Shown: positions 29,636 through 39,392 of the stretch, in pieces
Position numbering within the stretch: position 1 is the stretch's first letter
Layout: each line of letters begins with the position of its first letter
Assembly: GCF_003967015.1 (NCBI RefSeq)
Contig: NZ_AP017560.1
Coordinates: forward strand, 3,034,048 to 3,098,047
Length of the DNA stretch: 64,000 bases
From: Pseudanabaena sp. ABRG5-3
GTDB lineage: Bacteria; Cyanobacteriota; Cyanobacteriia; Pseudanabaenales; Pseudanabaenaceae
Direction of reading: 5' to 3'
Notes under the pieces: generated by a model
Databases searched by the model: none
Seen by the model: only the letters and a program-made list of their open reading frames with translations
What the model was told of the DNA's origin: nothing
Program-made: the position numbers and the translations under genes

Positions 29636-30844
29636 ATGGACAATACGCTCGATACACAAGCTATGCGGAGATCTTTGCAAAAGTCTCCCAACTATTTCCG
29701 TCAAGGCTTTGGACATGGCGAAGCAGCCGAATCCACCATGCGATCGCAATATCATAGCAACCTGATCCAAACTATTCGCGATCACAATTATGTGTATACC
29801 CAAGGCGATGTTACGATTTATTTAGCGAAATCCTTTGGCTTTTGCTGGGGTGTGGAAAGAGCAGTAGCCATGGCGTATGAAACCCGTACCCAGTTCCCTA
29901 CAGAAAAAGTCTGGATTACCAATGAGATTATTCACAATCCTTCCGTTAATGCCAGATTAAAGGAAATGGAAGTTCAATTTGTCCCTGTAAATAGTGATGG
30001 CACTAAGGACTTTTCAGGCATTGAGCAGGGTGATGTGGTGATTTTGCCTGCCTTTGGCGCTAGTGTACAGGAAACCCAATTATTCGATCGCCTTGGCACA
30101 AAAATTGTTGATACCACCTGTCCTTGGGTATCGAAGGTTTGGAATCGTGTGGAAAAGCACAAGAAATCAGATTTCACCTCGATTGTGCATGGTAAATATA
30201 ATCACGAAGAGACGATCGCTACGAGTTCCTACGCCAATCGCTATCTAGTTGTATTGAATATGAAGGAAGCCGAGTATGTGGCTAACTACATGCTCAATGG
30301 TGGCGATAGAGAAGAATTTATCGCGAAGTTCAGCAAAGCCATGTCCGTCGGGTTTGACCCAGATCGTGATTTAGAAAGAGTTGGTGTTGCTAATCAAACA
30401 ACGATGCTCAAGGGAGAAACGGAAGCGATCGGCAAGTTGTTTGAACGGACGATGATGCAAAAGTATGGTGTTGAACATCTCAATGAGCATTTTCTCGCTT
30501 TCAATACCATTTGTGATGCCACTCAAGAGCGTCAGGATGCCATGTTCGAGATTGTCGAAGAACCGATTGATTTGATGATCGTGATTGGTGGCTACAACTC
30601 CTCTAATACCACCCATTTACAAGAAATTGCGATCGAGCGCAATCTTCCTTCTTATCACATTGATGATGTACATCGGATTATTTCGGCTGAGGTAATTGAA
30701 CATAAGCCATTAGGTAAAGCGATCGAGCAAGCTACCAATTGGCTCCCCGCAGGCAAAATCAAGATTGGCGTAACTTCAGGCGCATCCACTCCCGATCGCG
30801 TCGTCGAAGATGTGATCAATCGGATTTTTGACCTCAAGGGTTAA
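29636..30844 (+). CDS. ispH: 4-hydroxy-3-methylbut-2-enyl diphosphate reductase.
   Basis: [17 protein letters not shown], and the three Cys-containing repeats typical of LytB/IspH. Length 402 aa, consistent with the cyanobacterial long form. Confidence 0.92.
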   Translation: MDNTLDTQAMRRSLQKSPNYFRQGFGHGEAAESTMRSQYHSNLIQTIRDHNYVYTQGDVTIYLAKSFGFCWGVERAVAMAYETRTQFPTEKVWITNEIIHNPSVNARLKEMEVQFVPVNSDGTKDFSGIEQGDVVILPAFGASVQETQLFDRLGTKIVDTTCPWVSKVWNRVEKHKKSDFTSIVHGKYNHEETIATSSYANRYLVVLNMKEAEYVANYMLNGGDREEFIAKFSKAMSVGFDPDRDLERVGVANQTTMLKGETEAIGKLFERTMMQKYGVEHLNEHFLAFNTICDATQERQDAMFEIVEEPIDLMIVIGGYNSSNTTHLQEIAIERNLPSYHIDDVHRIISAEVIEHKPLGKAIEQATNWLPAGKIKIGVTSGASTPDRVVEDVINRIFDLKG

Positions 30845-30859
30845 TCACTATATATCCCA

Positions 30860-30898
30860 AGAAAAAGGTTTTCGCTTCGCGAAAACCTTTTTCTTGGG
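30860..30898 (+). terminator. Terminator hairpin after ispH.
   Basis: cccaagaaaaaggttttcgc-ttcg-cgaaaacctttttcttggg. Confidence 0.6.
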
Positions 30899-30980
30899 AT
30901 ATTAATTTTTTTAGTTATTTTTGAGGATTTCCTGACAACTGCGCTAGATTAGCAGCAGTTCTGAAAGTGGGGTTCCTCCC

Positions 30981-33008
30981 GTGAAAAAACTAATGCAGAT
31001 TCAGGATATTCACCAAGACTTGATCAAAAAGATCAGCAAAAAGTTTTGGGTGCGATCGCTTGTTTCAGGTGCAGCGATCGCGATGCTTGGGACAATGACA
31101 TTGCCTGTAGTAAGTGGCAATGATCAGGCGATCGCTCAGCAAAATAATCAACTCATTGCTCAACAAAATCAATCGCAGCAGCGATCGAACTCTGCTCAAG
31201 CACCGCAAATACAGTTAATGCAAGCAGGCGATTTTAACTTTCCCATTTGGGTATGGGTAATCGGTGGCGTGGTGTTGGTATTTGTATTTTTGCCACAGGT
31301 GGGATGGATTTTAGGCTTAATTGTGATTGGTGAGCGCGAAGTCGGCATCGTCGTTAAGAAATTCTCCTTCCGTGGTGACTTACCCCCCGGACAACTAGTC
31401 GCCCTCAATGGCGAAGCAGGCTATCAAGCCGACACCCTCGCCCCTGGTTGGTATTTTGGCTATTACCCTTGGCAATATGGAATTCGCAAAGAATCGGTAG
31501 TGGTAATTCCCCAAGGTGAAATCGGCTTAATTATTGCTAACGATGGTAAATCGATTCCGCCTGATCGCATTCTTGGCAAAACCGTTCCCTGTGACAACTT
31601 CCAAAATGCGCGACAGTTTCTCTTAGCTGGAGGAGAGAAGGGTAGACAGATTGGCATCCTCACCGCAGGAACCTATCGGATTAATACGGCGTTATTTACA
31701 ATTATTACTTCGGCGAATGCTGGTCAAAATGGAATGTCTCCCAATGACCTAAGACTCTATTCTGTGGAAACGGAAAAAGTAGGCATTGTCACCACCTTAG
31801 ATGGTATTCCCATCGAGGCAGGGGCGATCGCAGGGGCGATTATTCCTGAACATGACAACTTCCAAAATGCTCAATTGTTCATCGATGGCGGTGGTCGGCG
31901 CGGCTTACAAGAGCAGGTAATTCTATCGGGTTCATGGAATCTCAATCCTTGGTTTGCCAAAGTAGAACAAGTAAAAATGACCGAGATTCCCATCGGTTAT
32001 GTGGGCGTAGTCATTTCCTTTGTCGGGGGCGCTCAAGAAGATGTTAGTGGCGCTCTCTTTACCCATGGGCATTTAGTCAATGTCGGCGATAAAGGCGTAT
32101 GGATTGAGCCGCTTTACCCTGGGAAACATCCTCTCAATACGCACATTATGAAAGTGGAACTCGTACCCACGACCAATATTGTGCTGAACTTTAGCGATCG
32201 CAACGAAGAACATGGTTATGATTCTAAGCTCAAAGCCTTGAATGTGCGATCAATTGATGGCTTTGCGTTTAATTTGGAAGTAGCCCAGATCATTCATGTG
32301 GGAGCCTTAGATGCACCTAGAGTAATTTCACGGGTTGGCTCGATGCAAAATCTTGTCGATCATGTACTGCGCCCGACCGTTGGTAATTATTTCCGCAATT
32401 CTGCACAGGCTTATACCGTGTTGGATTTTCTAATTGCCCGTAGCGATCGCCAAGCCGAAGCTGCCGATTTTATTCATACTGCCTTGCAATCCTATGATGT
32501 CCAAGCCGTTGACACCCTATTAGGTCAGATTGCACCACCTGAAACCCTCATGCAAACGCTGACCGATCGCAAAATTGCCGAAGAACAGCGTAAAACCTAC
32601 GAAGTCCAGCGCATATCCCAAACTCAGCGTCAAGAACTAGTGCGGGAAACCTCCCTCGCCGATATTCAACGGGAAATCGTTACAGCAGAGCAGGGTGTCC
32701 GCATTGCTGAACTACAAGCTAATGCCAAGGTTAAAGAGGCAAGTGGTGAGGCGGAAGCAATCCGTGTAACAGGTGAAGCTAAAGCCGATGCCTATCGTGC
32801 TGGGGTCAATGCCCTTGGCGGTAATTCCTATGTAGCATTACAAATGATGCAAGCGATCGGTGAAGGTAAAGTCCGCGTCGTGCCAGATGTCGCGGTTAAT
32901 GGTGGCGATCGCGGTGGTGGTTTGCTGGATGGTGTCTTAGGAATGATGCTGTGGAATCAAACGAAAGAAGCAAAAGAAACAAAAGTCGATAATTTCCCTA
33001 ACCTATAG
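30981..33008 (+). CDS. SPFH/band-7 flotillin-like membrane protein with an internal duplication and a C-terminal Ala/Glu-rich coiled coil.
   Basis: N-terminal TM helices, then IGEREVGIVVKKF. The DNFQNA(R/Q)(Q/L)F(L/I)..GG.RG.Q..IL..G block occurs twice. The C-terminus EQRKTYEVQRISQTQRQELVRETSLADIQREIVTAEQGVRIAELQANAK is flotillin-like. Confidence 0.65.
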   Translation: MKKLMQIQDIHQDLIKKISKKFWVRSLVSGAAIAMLGTMTLPVVSGNDQAIAQQNNQLIAQQNQSQQRSNSAQAPQIQLMQAGDFNFPIWVWVIGGVVLVFVFLPQVGWILGLIVIGEREVGIVVKKFSFRGDLPPGQLVALNGEAGYQADTLAPGWYFGYYPWQYGIRKESVVVIPQGEIGLIIANDGKSIPPDRILGKTVPCDNFQNARQFLLAGGEKGRQIGILTAGTYRINTALFTIITSANAGQNGMSPNDLRLYSVETEKVGIVTTLDGIPIEAGAIAGAIIPEHDNFQNAQLFIDGGGRRGLQEQVILSGSWNLNPWFAKVEQVKMTEIPIGYVGVVISFVGGAQEDVSGALFTHGHLVNVGDKGVWIEPLYPGKHPLNTHIMKVELVPTTNIVLNFSDRNEEHGYDSKLKALNVRSIDGFAFNLEVAQIIHVGALDAPRVISRVGSMQNLVDHVLRPTVGNYFRNSAQAYTVLDFLIARSDRQAEAADFIHTALQSYDVQAVDTLLGQIAPPETLMQTLTDRKIAEEQRKTYEVQRISQTQRQELVRETSLADIQREIVTAEQGVRIAELQANAKVKEASGEAEAIRVTGEAKADAYRAGVNALGGNSYVALQMMQAIGEGKVRVVPDVAVNGGDRGGGLLDGVLGMMLWNQTKEAKETKVDNFPNL

Positions 33009-33192
33009 CAATGTAAGAGATAGCTAGAACAAATCAAAACCCAAATAAGTGAAGGCGGCACTCCGTGCCGCCTTCACTTATTTGGGTTTTATGTCTTAAG
33101 CAAAACTTACATTGCTATATCTCTCTAGTCAAACTTTGCAAAACTCGACTCAAAGTAAAGAGTGCAGCGCAATGCGCTGCACTCTTTACTAT

Positions 33193-33390
33193 CTATAACA
33201 AAACTAGATGAGGGGTAATATTAATGCTTACAGGAATAGGTGAAGACTTGGCAGGAAAGCTCGCCAAATATAAGCGACAAGACTCCCATTTACCTTGAAC
33301 TGGAACTGACAACAAACTGCAATATCCACCGTTTCGACCTTGTGGAGCATAATTTTTACAGAATCGGCAGTTCATAAAAACCTCATACAT
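33193..33390 (-). CDS. Small Cys-rich hypothetical protein (4 Cys: C-x2-C-x11-C-x14-C).
   Basis: 65-aa ORF (possibly starting at M6, MNCRFCKNY). A strong hairpin aaagagtgcagcgcattgcgctgcactcttt sits immediately downstream (33150-33190). Confidence 0.35.
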   Translation of the reverse strand: MYEVFMNCRFCKNYAPQGRNGGYCSLLSVPVQGKWESCRLYLASFPAKSSPIPVSINITPHLVLL

Positions 33391-33484
33391 CCAGATTCAA
33401 TCGATATTATTGTTGCTCCTGTTGTCCTCCTATCCTGTGATTGATTGCTACATTAATAGTGATCTTGATCACCATCAATATTCC

Positions 33485-33605
33485 TAAAAGCTAATTGCTA
33501 AAAGCTAATTGCTAAAAGCTAATTGCTAAAAGCTAATTGCTAAAAGCTAATTGCTAAAAGCTAATTGCTAAAAGCTAATTGCTAAAAGCTAATTGCTAAA
33601 AGCTA
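33485..33605. repeat. Tandem 14-mer (CTAATTGCTAAAAG) x 8.5 in the nadK upstream region; it belongs to the GCTAAnn heptamer family.
   Basis: Pure head-to-tail copies with no spacers. The array ends in ...aaagctataatt, a TATAAT-like box about 45 nt upstream of the nadK start. Confidence 0.85.
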
Positions 33606-33648
33606 TAATTACCAAACGGACAAAATTTTTGAATAGTCTAGGTAGTCA

Positions 33649-34572
33649 TTGAGCGTGCCAAAAGTCGGTATTGTCTATAACGACGCAAAACCAGTCGCTG
33701 AGCAGGTCGCATTGGATATGAAGTTGTGGCTTGAAAAGCGCAATATTCAGACTGTGCTGGCGACAGGAAATGGCGGTATTTTGGGCTATGGTAAGCCAGA
33801 TGCTCCCGTATGCCATACACCAATCGAAAGCCTAGTTCCCATAGGCTTCAATCGCGACATTATGTTTGTCGTGGCTTTAGGCGGAGATGGTACTGTCTTA
33901 TCGGCTTGTCGCCAAATTGCCCCATTAGGTTTATCCCTGCTCAATGTGAATACAGGGCATATGGGTTTTTTAACAGAAACTTACTTGACAGACTGGGAAG
34001 AAGCAATTTCCCAAATTGTCGAGGGACAATATGTCGTTGAACAGCGATCGATGATGACAGTGCGGGTCTACGATAGCCAAGGTCTACTGTGGGAGGCTCT
34101 GTCTCTCAATGAAATGGTATTGCATCGTGAGCCCCTGACTAGTATGTGTCATTTTGAGGTGCAGATTGGTCGCCATATGCCTGTAGATATTGCGGCAGAT
34201 GGGGTCATTATTTCTACTCCCACTGGCTCAACTGCCTATGCCCTATCCGCAGGTGGTCCCGTCATTGAACCTGGCATTCCTGTATTTCAGCTAATTCCCA
34301 TTTGCGCCCATTCCATGGCATCACGGGCTTTAGTCTTTGCTAATACTGAAAAAACGATCGTTACTCCCGCAAATCGTCATCGTTTGGTGTTAGTGGTTGA
34401 TGGTAATGCAGGGTGCTATGTTTATCCCGACTATCGAGTTGAGGTTGAGCGATCGCAATATCCTGCAAGGTTTATTCGCCTCCAAAAAGGTGAATTCTTT
34501 AAGGTTTTACGGGAAAAGTTAGGGTGGGGATTACCACATATTTCTAAGCCAACTTCAGTGGATTGGTCTTAA
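33649..34572 (+). CDS. nadK: NAD+ kinase.
   Basis: GGDGT motif ([13 protein letters not shown]), NE/D short motif and the conserved C-terminal [15 protein letters not shown]. Confidence 0.9.
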   Translation: MSVPKVGIVYNDAKPVAEQVALDMKLWLEKRNIQTVLATGNGGILGYGKPDAPVCHTPIESLVPIGFNRDIMFVVALGGDGTVLSACRQIAPLGLSLLNVNTGHMGFLTETYLTDWEEAISQIVEGQYVVEQRSMMTVRVYDSQGLLWEALSLNEMVLHREPLTSMCHFEVQIGRHMPVDIAADGVIISTPTGSTAYALSAGGPVIEPGIPVFQLIPICAHSMASRALVFANTEKTIVTPANRHRLVLVVDGNAGCYVYPDYRVEVERSQYPARFIRLQKGEFFKVLREKLGWGLPHISKPTSVDWS

Positions 34573-34662
34573 AATCACCTACTATTTGAGAGCTATGCAA
34601 GACATGGCTCTCAAATAAAATACACTCAAATAAAATACACTCAAAGCATATCCAAGGACGCT

Positions 34663-35421
34663 ATGAGTCAAGGTCTTAACTTTGCAAACCAAGATTTGCG
34701 CGATCGCTCCTTTCAAGGTAAAAACCTGATCGGGGCTGACTTTAGTGGCGCGGATCTGCGTGGATGTAACTTTTATCGCTCTCAACTAAAGTTTGCCAAT
34801 TTTGCTAATGTGCGGACTGGCAGAAGTCCAAGGCAAATTGCGATCGCCAACTTTATCTCGTTTGTGATGGCAGTGATGTTTGCAGGAACAGCTTTGATTG
34901 CGACGATCCTACTGATCACCTTTATCCTCACTTTCATCTTTGGTACAAATATTGTTAATCGCGAGACAATCTATTGGGTGGCGATTATCGCGATTGTGGT
35001 ATTTGCCGTAGGCTTTGCGATCGCCTTTACAATCAACTTCACGTTCTCTCATAGCAAAGGAATTTTTACCGCAATTCCTATTACTCTGATTATTGCCTTT
35101 GTGTCAGGATACTTTGGCTCAACATTTACAAAAATCTTAGTTTCTGGTGCTTTTAATGCGATCGCAGGTTCGATTAAATTTAATAGCTTCACGGCTTTAC
35201 TCACTTTTTTAGCGATCGAGCCATTACAAGTTTTTGGCAGTCTCTACTTATTTCGCATTGCCATCAATGCCTCACGCACAGCTATAGGCACACAATTTCA
35301 GTATGCTGATCTCACTAAAGCTTCATTTCACAAGGCAACTTTAATTAGTTGTGACTTTACTAACGCAATTACAGATGACGTTAATTGGGAACAAGCCCAA
35401 ATATCCCGATGCAAATTATAG
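34663..35421 (+). CDS. Pentapeptide-repeat protein with a central multi-TM segment.
   Basis: The N- and C-terminal regions are made of A(D/N)LxG-type pentapeptide repeats (DLRDRSFQGKNLIGADFSGADLRGCNF...), and the middle 120 aa are hydrophobic. Confidence 0.7.
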   Translation: MSQGLNFANQDLRDRSFQGKNLIGADFSGADLRGCNFYRSQLKFANFANVRTGRSPRQIAIANFISFVMAVMFAGTALIATILLITFILTFIFGTNIVNRETIYWVAIIAIVVFAVGFAIAFTINFTFSHSKGIFTAIPITLIIAFVSGYFGSTFTKILVSGAFNAIAGSIKFNSFTALLTFLAIEPLQVFGSLYLFRIAINASRTAIGTQFQYADLTKASFHKATLISCDFTNAITDDVNWEQAQISRCKL

Positions 35422-35569
35422 CAATCGTCCAATTACATAAACCCCAAGAAGAGAATGGTGGCGCGAAGCGCCACCATTCTCTTCTTGGGGTTTTATTTTG
35501 TCCTAACACAAGCGACAGCAGCTATATAAACAAAATAAAAAAGAAGGGACGCAAAGCGTCCCTTCTTTT

Positions 35570-36598
35570 TTATTCGTCTTCAGCGAACTGATAACGGAAT
35601 AGATCCTTAGGATCGGGTTCAGGAGAAGTTTCGGCAAAGCGAACACATTCCTCAACTACATCACGAATCTTCTTATCAATATCTTTCAACTGACCTTCAT
35701 TGACTAAACCATGCTCAAGAGCGCGGCTAGCAAAGATTTTAATCGGATCGCGTCCAAACCATTTGTCCTTGTCTTCCTTGCTGCGTAGCTCATCGGGGTC
35801 AGCGAGGGAGTGACCTCTAAAGCGATAGGTCATACATTCTAAAACCGTAGGACCTTCACCCGCACGGGCGCGGCGGATTGCCTCTTGAGCATATTTCCGC
35901 ACCTCGACTACATCCATGCCATCAACTTCAAATCCAGGCATCCCAAAAGCTTCTGCTTTCTTATGGATGCGGACATCAGAAGTTGCACGAACATGCTTCA
36001 TCCCGATCGCCCAGTCATTATTTTCAATTACAAAAATAATGGGCAACTTCCACAAAGCCGCCATGTTCAGCGTCTCGAAGAATTGACCATTATTACTTGC
36101 GCCATCACCAAAGAAACAAGCGGTAACTTGGTCAGCATTAGGATCGCCCATTACTTCGCGGCGATATTTGGACTGAAATGCTGCACCAGCCGCTACAGGA
36201 ATACCTTCAGAAACGAAGGCATAACCACCTAAGAAATTATGCTTAGCAGAGAAGATGTGCATGGAGCCTCCACGCCCCTTACTACATCCTGTTTCTTTAC
36301 CAAACAGTTCCGCCATGACTTCATTGGCTGTGACACCTGCACTGAGGGCATGAACGTGATCGCGGTAGGTGCTACATACATAGTCATCGGGGCGCATTGC
36401 CTTGATCACGCCAGTAGCAACGGCTTCTTGACCATTGTACAAATGCACAAACCCAAACATTCTTCCGCGATAATACATTTCAGCGCACTTATCCTCAAAA
36501 GTACGCCCCAGTACCATGTCTTCGTAAACAATTAGGGCTTCTTCTGTGGTCATGTTAGGTGCAGAAGTCGAAACAGTTGCAACGGTATCTTGAGGCAT
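35570..36598 (-). CDS. pdhA: Pyruvate dehydrogenase E1 component, alpha subunit.
   Basis: ThDP motif GDGASNNG...N and the [19 protein letters not shown] segment. Confidence 0.9.
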   Translation of the reverse strand: MPQDTVATVSTSAPNMTTEEALIVYEDMVLGRTFEDKCAEMYYRGRMFGFVHLYNGQEAVATGVIKAMRPDDYVCSTYRDHVHALSAGVTANEVMAELFGKETGCSKGRGGSMHIFSAKHNFLGGYAFVSEGIPVAAGAAFQSKYRREVMGDPNADQVTACFFGDGASNNGQFFETLNMAALWKLPIIFVIENNDWAIGMKHVRATSDVRIHKKAEAFGMPGFEVDGMDVVEVRKYAQEAIRRARAGEGPTVLECMTYRFRGHSLADPDELRSKEDKDKWFGRDPIKIFASRALEHGLVNEGQLKDIDKKIRDVVEECVRFAETSPEPDPKDLFRYQFAEDE

Positions 36599-36690
36599 CG
36601 ATTCAGTACTGGTGCTAATCTTAAAAATTTTTCTTTTGCTAGTCTAGCAGCGAATGACTATTGCAGTACAGCGATCGCAGGGGCATATCG

Positions 36691-38127
36691 CTAGATCTTT
36701 CTCAACCTACGCAAATCGATTTTGGCGCGGAGTTCATCTTTGATTCTTGCCAAGATCGAATCTTCATCAATGGTTTCCAAAATTCTTTTAACCACAGCTT
36801 TCGGTCCATCGGCTCCCCATGATGCACCATTGGCGAGATATTCCTTCGTGACTAGTCCCAGCGCATAGGTGGAGAAACCCGCCACACCTGCTTGGGCGAT
36901 CGCTACCGACACATACCCACCCATCGTAAGACCACCTGTTACAGGAGCCGCGATACCGAGCAAACTTTTGAGAGAACTTAAGCCAAAGGTAGCTAGAAAT
37001 TCACTTGCGCCGATGCCGCCCATACCCAGTGCAATTTTTTGCATCAGCGAAATTGCGCCACGATTACTCATGTTAATGCCGTAGAGCTTTGATAGCGCCA
37101 CAATCATCGACACGTCGATAATCGCACTGGTAATTACATCAACTACGGTAATAGGATTAACCGCGATCGCCACGGCTTGCGTAATCACACAATTCCAAAT
37201 GATGCGATTGGCTTGGCGATCGCGGACAAACATTTTGCGTTGGACTACGCGCTCCTGCACCATATCCGCAAACATCATGGTATTTAGCGCAATCAGAGAT
37301 TTCCCTTCGCGATCAAGTACCTCAAGGATTTTCAGCTTTAAATCTTCAATTTGCGGTTTACCATTAACTAGCTCTGCCTCAAAGGAGCCATCGGGCTGAC
37401 GGATCGCCTTAGCCACAAGGGGAGAAGCTGCCGTCATCACGATTTCGTCTTTAGTTAATAGTTCCCGCACCCTCTCATCGCGAATTTTGGCATAGATTGC
37501 CATCCGATCTTCAGGAGGATATTGGTCAATTTTGTTAAATACTAGCAAAATCGGTTTACTAGCCCCGCGCAGTTCCGAAAGCGCATCGTATTCAACTTTA
37601 GTAATATCTCCCGCAACGACAAATAAGATTAAATCTGCCTGTTGCGCGATCCGCTTGGCAAGTTCCGCACGACCTTCACCATCAACCTCATCAATTCCGG
37701 GGGTATCGATTAATTCAATCCGGGCCTCGCCACGTCCTTGAAATGAAGCCTTCAGAATTGTGCGATCGCCATTAGACTGCATCGCCTCGCGGGAAATCTG
37801 CCATTCCGCCGCTTGCCGACTCGTTGTCACCCCATGCAGGGGGCCAGTCTCAAAAACCTGTCCTCCCATCAGGGCATTTAGCACTGACGATTTACCACGA
37901 CCGACCATCCCAAATACAGCTATTTGCAGGACTTGACGCTCTAGTTTGTCGAGCATTTGCTGAAGTTCTTCGAGTGGTTCCTCTAGCCCACGCCGTTCCC
38001 GTTCGGACAAGTCCAGATTAGCCACAATGTCGCGCAATGTCCGTTGAGCTTGGCGATAATTTAGCTCCTCAAAGATCTCGTCAAAGCTGAGAAAATTTTC
38101 ATCTTGTGGCATAACGTCGCTAGGCAT
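36691..38127 (-). CDS. GTP-binding protein with an MMR_HSR1-type GTPase domain and a C-terminal membrane-associated DUF697 region.
   Basis: G1 GMVGRGKSS, G3 DTPG, G4 NKID. The C-terminal 150 aa are hydrophobic and glycine-rich. Confidence 0.7.
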   Translation of the reverse strand: MPSDVMPQDENFLSFDEIFEELNYRQAQRTLRDIVANLDLSERERRGLEEPLEELQQMLDKLERQVLQIAVFGMVGRGKSSVLNALMGGQVFETGPLHGVTTSRQAAEWQISREAMQSNGDRTILKASFQGRGEARIELIDTPGIDEVDGEGRAELAKRIAQQADLILFVVAGDITKVEYDALSELRGASKPILLVFNKIDQYPPEDRMAIYAKIRDERVRELLTKDEIVMTAASPLVAKAIRQPDGSFEAELVNGKPQIEDLKLKILEVLDREGKSLIALNTMMFADMVQERVVQRKMFVRDRQANRIIWNCVITQAVAIAVNPITVVDVITSAIIDVSMIVALSKLYGINMSNRGAISLMQKIALGMGGIGASEFLATFGLSSLKSLLGIAAPVTGGLTMGGYVSVAIAQAGVAGFSTYALGLVTKEYLANGASWGADGPKAVVKRILETIDEDSILARIKDELRAKIDLRRLRKI

Positions 38128-38433
38128 AACTATAGTTTTAGGATTTATTTTTAGGAGTTGTATGAAGATTTTTAGGATTTTGGGAATCTTATGTGGTAAC
38201 TATTTTGCAGGAACTATAATTATGATATTCGAGTCGTAAAGGGTAACAACTCAATGTCGAGTTGTACTAAAGCTGATCTAAAAAGGTTGCCTTTTAAAGC
38301 AGGATCTTGTTAGAGTTGCGCCCAAGTAACTCTAAAGTAACTAAACTCTTTCGCTTTTTACCTTTTACCTTTACTTGTGTCTCACTCAACTTTCCCAAAC
38401 AAACCCCATAAGCATATTGTAGCTAGGAGAAAT

Positions 38434-39255
38434 ATGTCCGTATTCAAGTCGTTGGTTAAACTAGCAGCCACCGCAAGTGTTGCAGGTGCGATCGCTGTTA
38501 GTCCCATATTTACTCTCAAGGCTGAAGCTCTAACTGAGGCGCAAGTTTTAGAACGGTTGGGAAGTATTCCTGTTTTTACGATCACCGATGATAAGGGTTC
38601 GCCTCTATTGGGTGCAGTACCTCAGCAACCCAATACTAAGGCTGATGATAGTCAGCTATTATTCTTCTTCCTTGGTCCCGACGAAGCGCAGCAAATGCTA
38701 AGTCAGGTACAGAAATCTAATCCTGAAGTGGGCAAAAAAGCACAGATCATTGTGCGCTCAATGAATGATGCCTATCAAGTGATCCGCCAAAACAAGGACA
38801 AAAAGGTGCTTTTCCAGTTTATTCCTGCTAAAGCTAGCATTGAATCAGCGAGAACCATCTTGACAGCTCAAGGCGTTGCGGCTGATAAAATTCCCAATGT
38901 TCCTGTTTTCTTTGCGATCGGTGGGCAAGATAAAAACCAAGGCTTGTTAACCATGAGCATTGATCAAAATGGCAAGAAGGAGCAAGTAGTTCCTTTCTTC
39001 CTTGATAAGTCTGATCTGCAAAATTTGCTTGATCGCGCTAGCAAGGATCAACCTGATATCACCAAGGCAACAAAGATCCAAGTGGCATCTTTGTTCCAAG
39101 TCCTAGACTCCATGGTTTCTAAGGATAACAAACCCAATCCTGAAGTTGATCGCTTCCAGTTTGTGCCGTCACGAACTTCCTTTGAGTACATTCTCAAAAA
39201 TAGCAAGCAATCCGCTAATCCCCAACTAGCACCTCAGGCAACTCCCAAGAAATAG
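38434..39255 (+). CDS. Tic22-like family protein (periplasmic/secreted).
   Basis: Signal peptide, and repeated (I/V)PVF/VPFF motifs followed by acidic/Gly loops (IPVFTITDDKGSPLL, VPVFFAIGGQDKNQGLLT, VVPFFLDKSDL). Confidence 0.55.
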   Translation: MSVFKSLVKLAATASVAGAIAVSPIFTLKAEALTEAQVLERLGSIPVFTITDDKGSPLLGAVPQQPNTKADDSQLLFFFLGPDEAQQMLSQVQKSNPEVGKKAQIIVRSMNDAYQVIRQNKDKKVLFQFIPAKASIESARTILTAQGVAADKIPNVPVFFAIGGQDKNQGLLTMSIDQNGKKEQVVPFFLDKSDLQNLLDRASKDQPDITKATKIQVASLFQVLDSMVSKDNKPNPEVDRFQFVPSRTSFEYILKNSKQSANPQLAPQATPKK

Positions 39256-39392
39256 TAACAAGAGGGCGCTTTGCGCCCTCTTTCTTGTTTTACCAGTCAC
39301 AAATAGTAAAAAGAGGTACTTTACATCCTCTTTTTTTTACCAGTCACAAATAGTAAAAAGAGGGTGCTTTGCGCCCTCTTTTTTTACCAGTC
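39251..39392. terminator. Triplicated tandem terminator unit (about 47 bp x 3) between convergent genes.
   Basis: Units 39251-39300, 39301-39347 and 39348-39392. Each reads AATAGTAA(C/A)AAGAGG..hairpin..CCTCTTTTTTTACCAGTC. Units 1 and 3 share the hairpin agagggcgctttgcgccctct, and the first unit starts with the Tic22-like gene's stop codon. Confidence 0.7.

Noticed and set aside
33485-33605. Possible CRISPR array suggested by the regular 14-bp periodicity.
   Set aside because: The units are contiguous with no intervening unique spacers and are far shorter than CRISPR repeats. No cas genes are nearby. It was classified as a simple tandem repeat.
36869-38021. Four antisense ORFs inside the GTPase/DUF697 gene.
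   Set aside because: They are Pro/Ser/Arg-rich translations typical of the antisense of a GC-rich gene.
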